In this document: positions 21,183 to 31,076 of the stretch, one piece after another
How the letters are laid out: every line of letters starts with the position of its first letter
How positions within the stretch are numbered: position 1 is the stretch's first letter
Assembly: GCA_963790475.1 (NCBI GenBank)
Contig: CAWBOS010000012.1
Coordinates: forward strand, 896,001-960,000
Direction of reading: 5' to 3'
Source of the DNA: an uncultured delta proteobacterium
Lineage (GTDB): Bacteria > Desulfobacterota > RBG-13-43-22
Length of the DNA stretch: 64,000 nucleotides
Made by a program: the position numbers and the translations under genes
Notes under the pieces: generated by a model
What the model saw: only the letters and a program-made list of their open reading frames with translations
Told to the model about the DNA's origin: nothing
Database searches by the model: none

Positions 21183-21198
21183 TGGCCCAATTTAAGCA
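21183..21198 (+). promoter_or_regulatory. Possible sigma54 -24/-12 promoter
   Basis: TGGCCCAATTTAAGCA has GG-N10-GC spacing; weak match at -12. Confidence 0.3.
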
Positions 21199-21293
21199 AT
21201 TTAATAACTTGAAAGTGTTTTTCAATCGGTAATTTGATATCTTTTTTTTCATTAGGCTTTACTCGGAGTGGATTTATTAAGAAAAGGCTAATA

Positions 21294-21896
21294 ATGAATA
21301 CTCCAATTAAGATCCTACACATCGACCCCGGTTTTAAAGTTACCTATTTTATTATAGATTCCGGAGGTACAAACTGTTCTCTTGTTTCATCCGAACAGGC
21401 CATACAACTCCTGGAAACCGAGGAATTCGATTTGATTCTTTCAGAACCCGACAATAAGGCGATCATGAAACCTCAAGCTGATTCTTTAACCATGGATAAC
21501 AAGATCCGCATCCTGATCGTCGATGACAATCCCATTCTCCGAGAGGGATTAAAGTCCGTTCTTTCCCATTCCCCAAATTTCGATATCGTCGGTGAAGCCG
21601 CCGATGGTTTTGAGGCCATTGATTCCGTCAACAAATTTCATCCCGACCTGGTTTTGATGGATCTATCCATGCCCAGGATGGACGGCATAGCCGCTACCAG
21701 GGAAATCAAGAAACAATGGCCGGGAACTAAAATCCTGGTTTTCACCATTCATAAATCTCCCGAATACCGGACAGCGGTCTTAAATGCCGGGGCAGATGGC
21801 TATCTTAACAAAGATTCTTCCCAAGTCGAATTGATTCAATCCATCCATGATGTCCTGGAAGGAAAGCAAGGGCTCCCTGCGAACATCAGGGAATAG
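21294..21896 (+). CDS. Response regulator: NarL-type receiver with a degenerate N-terminal receiver-like segment and no HTH
   Basis: ILIVDD, VLMDLSMP, FT, GADGYLNK. Confidence 0.8.
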   Translation: MNTPIKILHIDPGFKVTYFIIDSGGTNCSLVSSEQAIQLLETEEFDLILSEPDNKAIMKPQADSLTMDNKIRILIVDDNPILREGLKSVLSHSPNFDIVGEAADGFEAIDSVNKFHPDLVLMDLSMPRMDGIAATREIKKQWPGTKILVFTIHKSPEYRTAVLNAGADGYLNKDSSQVELIQSIHDVLEGKQGLPANIRE

Positions 21897-22195
21897 GGCT
21901 CACTCTGATCCTTGCTTTATTTCCTCGTCGCCACTTGAGGAAACAAGAGGGCTTCTTCCCGACCTCTTCTTTTTGAATTTTGACTGGCCATGCCGGATTT
22001 CCAACAGAAATCCTTCATTACTCTAAATTTGGTTAGACCAAAAATATAGTCGCCATTTCAATCAAATACCGAATTCACTTTATTTTATTTATTACCAAAA
22101 GGTTTAGATTGGTCTCAAGGGTTAAAGGGGAAAAGGGATCAGCTCTCAGGAAAGGAGAGATGAATCATGAAAATTTCAGCAGGAAATCCTTTTCC

Positions 22196-22225
22196 TTGAC
22201 AAATCCTTAGACCCCTACTTATATT
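22196..22225 (+). promoter_or_regulatory. sigma70-type promoter
   Basis: TTGACA-N18-TATATT upstream of the ORF at 22291. Confidence 0.5.
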
Positions 22226-22290
22226 TTATAGACCATAATAACAGTTTTAACTAAACAAAAAGTCCGACACCAGAAGGAGGAAGAACCGAC

Positions 22291-22497
22291 ATGAAGAAAA
22301 AATGTGATTCCTGCGGAGTGGATTATCTTGAGGATGAAGGTTGGGTGGAATGTCCTGATTGCGGAAAATTTTACTGCCTCCATTGCACCGACAAAATGAG
22401 AGAGGAAAGCAGAAAAATAGAAAAACTCAGGGAAGGAGATGCCTATACACGCATTCAAATCCTTTGCCCGAGTTGCTCCGTCGAAATGCTCCGCTGA
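22291..22497 (+). CDS. Small protein with four CxxC motifs (likely Zn- or Fe-binding)
   Basis: CDSC, CPDC, CLHC, CPSC; strong RBS AAGGAGG. Confidence 0.75.
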   Translation: MKKKCDSCGVDYLEDEGWVECPDCGKFYCLHCTDKMREESRKIEKLREGDAYTRIQILCPSCSVEMLR

Positions 22498-22627
22498 TGT
22501 TTTTCTGCGGGAATTGGAGCTCCCTGTGCCAAGTCGCAGGTCCGCCAAAGCAGGATTTCATGACAGGGAAATGTTTAGTGTCGAAATTGCCGGAATGTCC
22601 GGGGTGAAGAATAGACAGGAACAGTAT

Positions 22628-22867
22628 ATGAGCCTTGATCCGGAAATCATCCTCGAAAACAAGAAGATCAAGACCTTGCGTCTTCTGGTGGATTCGGCCT
22701 GCATGATGCTAAGCCGAGGAAATTTGAACCGAGAGGAATCCTGGGAGATGGTGGAGAAGGTCAAGCAGTGGGCCATGATCTTATTTCCCGGGAAAGAGGA
22801 CACTTTTGATTTGATTTACTTTTCTCGTTTTCGTCGGATTATTGAAGAGCGATATCCCCTTTATTAA
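22628..22867 (+). CDS. Small hypothetical helical protein
   Basis: 79-aa ORF with protein-like composition (LFPGKEDTFDLIY...RFRRII); purine-rich upstream sequence. Confidence 0.6.
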   Translation: MSLDPEIILENKKIKTLRLLVDSACMMLSRGNLNREESWEMVEKVKQWAMILFPGKEDTFDLIYFSRFRRIIEERYPLY

Positions 22868-23206
22868 TAGATTTCTTTCGGCTTACGATGGTCATAAAAG
22901 AGGGGACATTATCCATCCATTCATAAAGTTAATAAGCAAACAGGGACCTTCTTGCATTAGCTGAATTGATATCTAATGGCCCGAATAGAATAGACTCGGA
23001 ATCATCTAACCGTTGGACCCCGCCACCACCGGCCAAAAGAAAACCCTTCGATTCCTGCATGAATCGAGAAGGGATGTTCTCCGCTCCCTGTTTTCCGCAC
23101 TGCTTTTCTCCTTGCCCCAGTCTTTTTCTTATCTTATACTCTTTCCAAAAAAAGTTCTTATTAACGAATCCGAGAAGGATTGCCGAGAAAGAGAGAGGTG
23201 AGGGAA

Positions 23207-23970
23207 ATGGCTGAGCTGAAGGTATGGGACGACGGACAACCCTTTTACTTCAAGGGAAACTCCACGGGGTCCTGGTGATCCATGGCTTCACCGGCTGCAC
23301 CCAGAGCATGTTGCCTTACGGAAAAGCACTGGCGGCCAGGGGTTACACGGTGCTGGGACCGCGCCTGCCGGGGCACGGCACCACGGTGGAGGACATGGCC
23401 TTCCGAAAGTATAGCGAGTGGACCGGTGAGGCGGAGCGGGCCTTGCAGGAACTTTCCGGCCAGTGTGACCGGGTCTTCGTGACCGGCCTGTCCATGGGGG
23501 GCACCATCACCCTGCACCTTGCGGCCCGCTTCGGTGATAAGATCGCGGGCATTATTCCCGTAAACGCCCTGGCCCTCACCGAACCCTTGCTGCGGCTAAC
23601 CCCCCTGCTCAAATATCTACTGAAGACGCGGCCGGGGGTGGGAAGCGACATCAAGAAGCCGGAGGCCAAGGAATCCTGTTACGACCAGGTGCCCGTTGCT
23701 GCCGCTTATGAGCTGACCAGGCTGTTAAAGGTGACCAGGGAAGGCCTGCCGCGCATCGGCGTGCCGGCCCTGATCATCGCCTCGCGTGAGGACCACGTGG
23801 TGCGGGAACCGGCCAACGCCGAATACATCATGGCCAACCTCGCCTCGAAGGACAAGAAGATTCTGTGGCTGGAAAACTCTTATCACGTGGCTACCCTGGA
23901 CAACGATGCGGAACTCATCTTCGAGGAAGCCGCGGAATTTATCGAGAGGTATTCGGTTCCCGTTGTCTAA
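23207..23970 (+). pseudogene. Carboxylesterase (alpha/beta hydrolase) with a 1-nt frameshift in a G run near 23266-23269
   Basis: RBS plus MAELKVWDDGQPFYFKGNSTG in one frame; VLVIHGFTG...GLSMGG...D...SYH in the other. Confidence 0.75.
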
Positions 23971-23992
23971 TCAGGAAAGGATGGCGGCTTTT

Positions 23993-24562
23993 ATGAAGGT
24001 TTTGGGTATTGTCTGCAGCCCCAGAGAGGGCGGGAATACGGAGATTTTGGTCAGGGAGGCCCTGGAAGGTGTTCGCGAGGCCGGAGGTGACCCCGAGTTG
24101 GTTCTGCTGGCGGATAAGGAGATCGCCCCCTGTAATGCCTGCGCCGGGTGCCTGGAGGACGGTCAATGTATTATTGAGGATGACATGCAGGATATCTACA
24201 AAAAACTGGAAGCGGCCGACGGATTGATTTTCGGCACGCCGGTCTATTTCCTCAACGTCAGCGCCCAGGCCAAGGCGGTCATGGACCGGACCTATGGGTT
24301 TCTGCGGACGGGAAAGTTGAAGGGGAAGGTGGCGGCGGCCATCATCGCGGCCAGAAGGGTAGGGGCCGGTCAGGTGCTGAGCCTGTTGTACACCTTCTTC
24401 TCGGTTCACCGGATGATCATGGCCGGAGGAGGGATAGGCTACGGGAGAGAAAAGGGTGAAGTGAGAGAAGGACCGGGGGGATCGCCCGGAGTGACGGCCC
24501 TGCAAGAGGCCCGGGCCGTGGGAAAAAATGTGGTCAGGATGGCCAGACGTTTAGGGGCCTGA
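23993..24562 (+). CDS. Flavodoxin / iron-sulfur flavoprotein family protein
   Basis: SPREGGNT, CNACAGC...C, GTPVYF. Confidence 0.85.
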   Translation: MKVLGIVCSPREGGNTEILVREALEGVREAGGDPELVLLADKEIAPCNACAGCLEDGQCIIEDDMQDIYKKLEAADGLIFGTPVYFLNVSAQAKAVMDRTYGFLRTGKLKGKVAAAIIAARRVGAGQVLSLLYTFFSVHRMIMAGGGIGYGREKGEVREGPGGSPGVTALQEARAVGKNVVRMARRLGA

Positions 24563-24610
24563 AAGGCACAGGTGGGTAGGGATGGGGCCGGCCAGGCAAA
24601 CGGTAAATCC

Positions 24611-25363
24611 ATGAAGGCAAAAATGCTCGACCTGTCCGCGCTGAGCAGGACCTACGGGGATATGATCGCTGTGGATGGGGTCTCATTCGATGTCCGGGTC
24701 AACGAGATCGTCGGTCTCCTGGGTCCCAACGGCGCCGGCAAGACCACGATCATCAACATGATTCTCGGGGTTCTTGAACCCGGCGCCGGGAAGATACATA
24801 TCGAAGACCTGGATATTTTGGCTAACCGTTCTCAGGCGCTGGAGCGCACGAATTTCGCCGCTGTTTACGCACCGCTTCCCGGCAACCTGACGGTCCGTCA
24901 GAATTTGTATGTCTTTGGCCTGATTTACGGGGTCAGGGACCTTTCCAGCCGTATCGATGAACTGCTGTTTCAGTTCGATTTAAAAGCCTTTGAAAAGGTA
25001 AAATGCGGTCTGCTTTCCTCGGGAGAGCAGACGCGCGTCGGGCTGGCCAAAGCGCTTCTGAACCGCCCCAACCTCTTACTTTTAGACGAGCCCACGGCCT
25101 CCCTGGATCCCTCTTCCGCCCGTGACATTCGGAACAAGATTCGGGAATATTGCGCTCAAGACACGGTTGGCGTGTTGTGGACCTCGCACAACATGCATGA
25201 AGTGCAGGAGGTCTGCAGCCGCGTCCTTTTCCTTTCCCGCGGGAAAATTCTGCTGGAAGGTGATCCCAGGACCCTTCCGGCCGAACACGGCAAAGAGACC
25301 TTGGAGGATCTTTTTATCGCCGTGGCCCGTGAACCGCTGACTCTGGGGAAAGCCCCGGCATGA
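24611..25363 (+). CDS. ABC-2 type transporter ATP-binding protein
   Basis: GPNGAGKTT, LSSGE, LLLDEPT, TSH. Confidence 0.9.
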   Translation: MKAKMLDLSALSRTYGDMIAVDGVSFDVRVNEIVGLLGPNGAGKTTIINMILGVLEPGAGKIHIEDLDILANRSQALERTNFAAVYAPLPGNLTVRQNLYVFGLIYGVRDLSSRIDELLFQFDLKAFEKVKCGLLSSGEQTRVGLAKALLNRPNLLLLDEPTASLDPSSARDIRNKIREYCAQDTVGVLWTSHNMHEVQEVCSRVLFLSRGKILLEGDPRTLPAEHGKETLEDLFIAVAREPLTLGKAPA

Positions 25364-26163
25364 ACATCACCCGCGTATCAGCCATCGTGCTTCGGCAGTT
25401 CTATCTTATCCGAGGCAGCTTTTCACGCGTGGTGCCGTTGTTTGTCTGGGTCGGTCTCGACATCGTCCTCTGGGGGTTTATTACCAAGTATCTGAATTCC
25501 GTTGCCAATAGCGGCTTTAATTTCGTCCCGGTCCTTCTCAGCACGGTCCTTCTGTGGGATTTTTTCGCGCGGGTGATGCAGGGAGTGACCATGGCCTTTT
25601 TTGAAGATGTCTGGTCCAGAAACTTCCTGAATTTTTTTGCCACACCGCTTTCCATGTCCGAATATGTAAGCGGCCTGGTCATCACCAGCATTCTGACCAG
25701 CTCCGTCGGGCTTATGGTTATGCTGCTGATGGCCATCCTGGTCTTCGGGCTCTCCTTTTTTTCCTATGGTCCGGTGCTCATACCGTTTCTTCTGATTCTA
25801 TTTATGTTCGGTATCGCCTTGGGTATTTTCGCCTGCGCCATGGTACTGCGGCTTGGGCCATCGGCGGAATGGTTTGTCTGGCCCATTCCCGCTCTTATTT
25901 CACCTTTCGCGGGGGTGTTCTATCCCCTGTCGACACTTCCTCAATGGATGCAAACTATATCCCATATACTCCCGCCGGCCTATGTGTTTGAGAGCGTCAG
26001 GGCGATCGTCTCCGGCCGCGCCTTCCCGGGAATTTATCTGATCGCCGGTATCGGTCTGGATGTCCTTTATATCCTGCTGGCCTATCTGTTTTTTTCCCGC
26101 ACCTACCGGTATGCGGTGAGAACCGGGCTCATTGCCCGGTACAGTGCCGAAAGTGTGAGTTAG
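25360..26163 (+). CDS. ABC-2 type permease
   Basis: About 6 TM helices, FYPLSTLPQW; ATGA overlap with the ATPase gene. Confidence 0.88.
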   Translation: MNITRVSAIVLRQFYLIRGSFSRVVPLFVWVGLDIVLWGFITKYLNSVANSGFNFVPVLLSTVLLWDFFARVMQGVTMAFFEDVWSRNFLNFFATPLSMSEYVSGLVITSILTSSVGLMVMLLMAILVFGLSFFSYGPVLIPFLLILFMFGIALGIFACAMVLRLGPSAEWFVWPIPALISPFAGVFYPLSTLPQWMQTISHILPPAYVFESVRAIVSGRAFPGIYLIAGIGLDVLYILLAYLFFSRTYRYAVRTGLIARYSAESVS

Positions 26164-26488
26164 TGCTGAATGAGAAAGGGAGAATTATTCCATGAATCTC
26201 CAGAAAGTCGGTGGAATGGTTGGGGGTAGACCATCCGAAGGGATCGAAATCCCGAGGAGATACATGAAAATTGAAGGGTAAAAAGAACCTTTCAAGTAGA
26301 AGGTCAAGGCCAAGAGACAATGGATAATTCTTACCAAATCGGATTTAGCAGGCCATCTGCTTCTATATGTTCAATACAATTAAAGAGGCGGGGCCGGGCC
26401 CACCCCATACTATGAACCTGATTGCTCGAAAAGTGGTTCCGGGTGATGGCCATAGAATGCTGCCCCGAGAACTAGTGGTGATGAGACC

Positions 26489-26808
26489 ATGGCGGTGAGT
26501 CGTTTAATCTTGCTTGAGGGAATGATCGGTTCGGGTAAGACTACTACGGCGGCCAACATCGGGAAATGGCTGGCCGATCAAGGTGACGCTGCCCACGTCT
26601 ATCATGAATTTGCGGACGACCATCCGATCCGCACCAAAGCCGTGACCTCCTCCGGGCAACCTTTCCCGAAGGCATTGTTTCCCAGGCGGTGAGCAGAGAG
26701 GACGAGCCGGTGCCAGTCCCTTCCGCGTATTCGTTTGGCCAATGGGGCGAACTGGCCGAGCGATGCCGCAATGCCCAACAGACTATCATTTTGGAAAGCA
26801 CATTCCTT
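26489..26808 (+). pseudogene. P-loop kinase-like gene, frameshifted and 3'-truncated
   Basis: LLEGMIGSGKTT; after a shift near 26645 continues DLLRAT...QTIILESTFL up to the copA junction. Confidence 0.6.
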
Positions 26809-28295
26809 AGGTACAGCCCGGCGACACCTTGCGCGTTCGTCCCGGCGAGAAAGTAGCGGTCGATGGTACGGTCATTGAGGGGGAAAGTAGCGTAGACGAA
26901 TCCCTGGTTACCGGGGAACCCATCCCGGTAGCCAAGTCCGCCGGTGAGAAACTCATCGGCGCGACGGTTAATGGGACGGGCAGTTTGTTAATGCGGGCCG
27001 AAAAAGTGGGCTCCGACACCTTGCTGGCGCAAATTGTAAATATGGTGGCCGAAGCCCAACGCTCGCGAGCACCATTCAAAAATTGGCTGATGTTGTGGCC
27101 GGTTATTTTGTACCTAGCCGTGGTTGGCGTGGCCGTGGCCGCATTTGTCGTCTGGTGGGTGTGGGGACCGGAACCGCGCCTGGCCCGTGCCCTCGTTAAT
27201 GCCGTTGCCGTACTTATCATTGCCTGTCCCTGCGTGCTGGGACTGGCCACCTTTATTTCTGTCATGGTGGGAACAGATCGGGGGGCCATGGCCGGGGTCT
27301 TAATAAAGAATGCCGAAGTGCTGGAGATCATGGAAAAAATCGATACCCTGGTTGTGGACAAAACCGGTACGTTGACCGAAGGCAAACCCAAGCTGATCGC
27401 CGTGCAAGCCGAAGCAGGGTTTACCGAGGATGAAATACTACCTATAGCCGCCAGCCTCGAACGGGCCAGCGAACATCCTCTGGCGGAAGCGATTGTCCAG
27501 GGAGCGGAAGAAAAAGGGATTGAGCTGGTTAAGGCCAATACCTTCCAGTCCATTACCGGGAAAGGCGTGACCGGTGAAGTTAAAGGAATTACGGTGGCGG
27601 CCGGTAACCTAACCCTTCTGGAAAGCCTGGGTATCGACGCGGGAGGCTTATCGCAGTGAGCGGATAAACTACGCCTCGAGGGCCAGACGGTTATGCTGGT
27701 GGCTATGAATGGCAAAGCCGCGGGTTTGATCGGCGTCGCTGACCCCATCAAAGAATCCACAGCCGAAGCCATTCGCGATCTGCATGAAGAAGGTATCAAG
27801 ATGGTGATGCTTACCGGTGACAATCAGACCACCGCGAACGCCGTTGCCGGCAAACTGGGGATCGACCAGGTACGGGCCGAGGTATTGCCCGAACAAAAAA
27901 CGGAACTCATCAAGCAGCTTCAAGCCGATGGTCGTATCGTGGCCATGGCCGGTGACGGTATTAACGATGTCCCGGCGCTGGCCCAGGCCCAAGTCGGTAT
28001 CGCCATGGGTACCGGTACCGATGTGGCCATAGAAAGTGCCGATGTCACTCTGATCAAAGGCGATTTGCGGGGTATCGTCCGAGCCAGACGATTAAGCCGG
28101 GCCACCCTGCGTAATATCCGACAGAATTTATTTTTTGCCTTTGTTTATAACACGGTGGGCGTTCCGATTGCCGCGGGAGTGTTGTATCCATTCTTTGGGA
28201 TACTGTTGTCACCCATTATCGCGGCTGCGGCCATGAGCCTTAGCTCGGTTTCCGTGATCAGCCATTCACTCCGGCTCAGGCGGGTGCAATTATAA
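26809..28295 (+). pseudogene. copA: Cu(I)-type P1B ATPase (CopA-like), 5'-truncated, in-frame TGA at 27657
   Basis: VRPGEK, TGE, CPC, DKTGT, SEHP, GDGIND, YN, MSLSS. Confidence 0.85.
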
Positions 28296-28405
28296 GAAGT
28301 GGGAAAAATTCAGCCTTCATAGCCTTAATAGGAGGCGGAGTAGAGGCGAAGCTTAATTTTTTTTTAAAAAATATAGGTTGATCCCACACTGTTTATGATG
28401 AATTG

Positions 28406-28490
28406 TTAAGCCATCTCCAGAGTGAACTGATTGATGGACTTCAATCCCGTACAATGCCGGGGAACGATATAGTACTCCCTGTCTGTTCCT
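28406..28490 (-). pseudogene. Possible C-terminal remnant of an MBL-fold hydrolase
   Basis: YYIVPRHCTGLKSINQFTLEM resembles the P-x-H-C-T-G tail of that family; abuts the MITE. Confidence 0.35.
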
Positions 28491-28497
28491 AAAGTTT

Positions 28498-28640
28498 GAG
28501 ACCCTTGAAAAAACGTCCCCTTTTGCCCAATCTTTTCGTCAGACTCAAATTTTAATTCTCGAAATACTAAATGTATTCCTATGGTTAAAATCTTCGTCTT
28601 CCTCAACCCTGGACGAAATTGAACGTTTTTCAAAGGTCTC
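28498..28640. mobile_element. MITE-like element, copy 2 (reverse orientation)
   Basis: Reverse complement resembles 3211-3352; ends GAGACCCTTGAAAAA / TTTTTCAAAGGTCTC. Confidence 0.75.
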
Positions 28641-28659
28641 AGTTGCCGGAATTATGACC

Positions 28660-29745
28660 TTATTTGTATTGTGAGAAATCCACTCCTCGGGCCCGGCCCC
28701 TTTCTTCAAACCAGGCCTCTTCATTGAACGGAGGCGGCACTCGTTGGTCCTGTCCTTTATGAACCAATTGAATGGCCTCACCGGAGCAGGTGCTGATGCA
28801 AAGACCGCAACCGATACATTTTTCCTGAATGATCCGGTAGGACTCCTCTTCTTCTTCAATGGCCCCGACCTGACATCGTTCATCGGCGCATATCCCGCAT
28901 TGGAGACATTTTTCCGGATCGATCTCGGCGTAATAATGGGAATTGATGACCTTTGAAGCCGGAATCCCTAATTTGTTGATGCCATCCAGCACCCCGCAGC
29001 AACATTTACAGCAATTGCAGATATAGAAATTGCCTCCCTGGACATTGGAAGTCAGGTGGACCAGTCCCAGTTCTTCCGTTTTCTTCAATAAGTCACAGGC
29101 CTCTTCTTTGGTCAGCACCCGGCCCCCGGGGAATTTATCGAAAATTCCGGGTAGGGGGGCTAAGGCCAAACAGACCTGCAGCGGGCGGTCGCAAGGGTGG
29201 CCTAACAAGGCCTGTTCTTTTTTACAGATACAGTCACTGACCAAAAATGATTGACTCTGGTCAATAAGGGTGGAAACCTTTTCATAGGACAGGGCTTCCT
29301 GTTGAACGGAGATTTCTTTTTCGACAGGCAGCACCTGCATCAGTTGAGGTGTTTTTGAATAAAATTGCCGGCCATAAACCGGCCCATATTCCTCATTCAG
29401 TGTGGCAAATTCCTTATCCAAATGGTTAAGTTGAAACTCATATATCCCAAAAACCCAGGGCAGCATCCTGAAAAATCGTGACTCTTCCAACCGCAAGGCA
29501 AAGATCTGCCCGGCTTCCCCCATGGCCAGTAACCCTTCTTCCAATCCTTCCAGAGGGCGTCCTGTCCTCTGGGCGATCTGCTCGGCTGTTTCAAAGGTCA
29601 ACCTCAGGTCGCAAAAAAGATCGGCTTGTTCCGGGGTAAAAATCTTTTTTAAAAGGTCAATCTCGACACCGGTATCCGTAGCCGGAAACCCGTTCGGTAA
29701 GGTATCCAGGACTCGGGCCAATTTATAATACGCTTCGTCCGCCAT
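28660..29745 (-). CDS. 4Fe-4S dicluster domain protein
   Basis: CIC, ICNCCKCCC, CLQCGIC...C, CIGCGLCISTC. Confidence 0.85.
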   Translation of the reverse strand: MADEAYYKLARVLDTLPNGFPATDTGVEIDLLKKIFTPEQADLFCDLRLTFETAEQIAQRTGRPLEGLEEGLLAMGEAGQIFALRLEESRFFRMLPWVFGIYEFQLNHLDKEFATLNEEYGPVYGRQFYSKTPQLMQVLPVEKEISVQQEALSYEKVSTLIDQSQSFLVSDCICKKEQALLGHPCDRPLQVCLALAPLPGIFDKFPGGRVLTKEEACDLLKKTEELGLVHLTSNVQGGNFYICNCCKCCCGVLDGINKLGIPASKVINSHYYAEIDPEKCLQCGICADERCQVGAIEEEEESYRIIQEKCIGCGLCISTCSGEAIQLVHKGQDQRVPPPFNEEAWFEERGRARGVDFSQYK

Positions 29746-30355
29746 ACTTTTTCTCCTTTAGGTTTTTTTTAACAGGATGCCGTTTTTTCCCCCTACGATC
29801 CTTCTTTCTCTTTTCTCCCTCCAGATCTTTCAAGGCCTGATCGCACCAGTCGATGACCATCCGGGCCTGGCGTATGCCGAAATCAAGGGACAGGCTCCAG
29901 TAGATTGAATCCTCATAAAAACCGTCCTTGGCCGATTGACGCTGAATAACGGGCCTGACTTCCGTTTCATACTTTTCAAGTAAATCCAAGTAGTATTGAC
30001 GCCAGTTCTTCAGATGATTTTTAAAGCGCTCGGGAGGTAACCGGTTCCCGAAAAAGACCTTGACCAGCATCGGATATCGCGGTTCGGGTATTTCCGGTGG
30101 TTCGTCCAGCCAACGAAAGAGTTCTTCCCGCCCGTTTTCGGTAATCCGATAGACCTTGCGGCTTGGTTTTCCCTCCTGATGTTCAACGGTCGAAACGATC
30201 CACCCTTGTCTTTCCATCTGCTTGAGAGAGCGGTAGATATGGGGTAAGGCAGCGTTCCAGAAAAAATGGATGGATTTTTGAAAGGTAATTTTTAAGTCAT
30301 AACCGGTGGCCGGTTGATATTGGATCAAACCCAGGAGGGCATGAGGCAGCGACAT
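29723..30355 (-). CDS. PadR family transcriptional regulator
   Basis: TGYDL, IYRSL, RKVYRITENG, C-terminal AphA-like helix. Confidence 0.9.
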   Translation of the reverse strand: MSLPHALLGLIQYQPATGYDLKITFQKSIHFFWNAALPHIYRSLKQMERQGWIVSTVEHQEGKPSRKVYRITENGREELFRWLDEPPEIPEPRYPMLVKVFFGNRLPPERFKNHLKNWRQYYLDLLEKYETEVRPVIQRQSAKDGFYEDSIYWSLSLDFGIRQARMVIDWCDQALKDLEGEKRKKDRRGKKRHPVKKNLKEKKYGGRSVL

Positions 30356-30382
30356 AGCGATTTCCCTCTATAAAAAGTTTTA

Positions 30383-30416
30383 TATGAACTTAAGTATATA
30401 TATATCTTAGTTCATA
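30383..30416. promoter_or_regulatory. Inverted repeat, candidate PadR operator
   Basis: TATGAACTTAAG...CTTAGTTCATA between a minus-strand TTGACT (30422-30427) and the padR start. Confidence 0.5.
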
Positions 30417-30735
30417 AGTAGAGTCAAGCTTTTTTTAATAGGTCCCTTCTTAATGGTCCGGTAAATTTTAACGAATTCTATTTCCATGAAAAAAATTGGT
30501 AAAACCGGTTCGATCAGGTTAAGGTAAAATGAATAAATCGACGGGATTCTAAGCAGGCCGATTATTCCGGATAATAAATCTTGACTAAAGACCGGGAAAA
30601 ATGCTAATAACCATTTACCTTTATTGCAAATTAAATCCTCATGTCCTTGAGGGTCACCATACATGAAAATGGGTTTCGACGAACGCTCCTGCCCCTTGCA
30701 GGCGCGTAACGACGAACGGTATTTTCATACTAAAC

Positions 30736-30829
30736 GGAGAGATGCCCGAGCTGGCTGAAGGGGCACGACTGGAAATCGTGTGTACGCCCAAAAGGTGTAC
30801 CGAGGGTTCGAATCCCTCTCTCTCCGCCA
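30736..30829 (+). tRNA. tRNA-Ser(GGA)
   Basis: Acceptor GGAGAGA/TCTCTCC-G-CCA, anticodon arm CACGA-CTGGAAA-TCGTG, long variable arm, GGTTCGAATCC. Confidence 0.97.
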
Positions 30830-30835
30830 TTTCCA

Positions 30836-30870
30836 CTTCCGATTTCGGATTGCCGATTGCGGATTGCGGA
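30836..30870. repeat. Degenerate heptamer tandem repeat (GATTGCG-like)
   Basis: ccgatttcggattgccgattgcggattgcgga. Confidence 0.6.
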
Positions 30871-30917
30871 ATAGGGATTGGTAATTAAAGCAGAAGACAT
30901 AAATAAGTACTCATAAT

Positions 30918-30985
30918 GTCATTCCGGCGAAAGCCGGAATCCAGAGTTTTGAATTCCCTGGATGCCGGATCAAGTCCGGGATGAC
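30918..30985. repeat. REP/RPE-like palindromic element
   Basis: GTCATTCCGGCGAAAGCCGGAATCCAG...CTGGATGCCGGATCAAGTCCGGGATGAC. Confidence 0.8.
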
Positions 30986-31076
30986 GTCACGGGGCATACC
31001 GTTGGGCATAAAAATTTATTTTGTTAACTACAATTATCTTCTTAGATAATCCTTTCACCTTGTACCTGTATTGAAT

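Noticed and set aside
22495-22545. TGA of the CxxC protein followed by GCAGGTCCGC, similar to the fdhF SECIS apex
   Set aside because: About 40 nt from the TGA, the stem is mismatched, and the protein looks complete at the stop.
27657-27659. In-frame TGA in copA as selenocysteine
   Set aside because: Not a Cys-type position, no SECIS-like hairpin seen, and the gene is 5'-truncated; a nonsense mutation is simpler.
30810-30829. tRNA-Ser 3' end as an integration site
   Set aside because: No duplicated 3' end noticed, no integrase, and dnaX follows directly.
30654-30836. 60-aa minus-strand ORF (MAEREGFEPS...)
   Set aside because: Antisense shadow of the tRNA.
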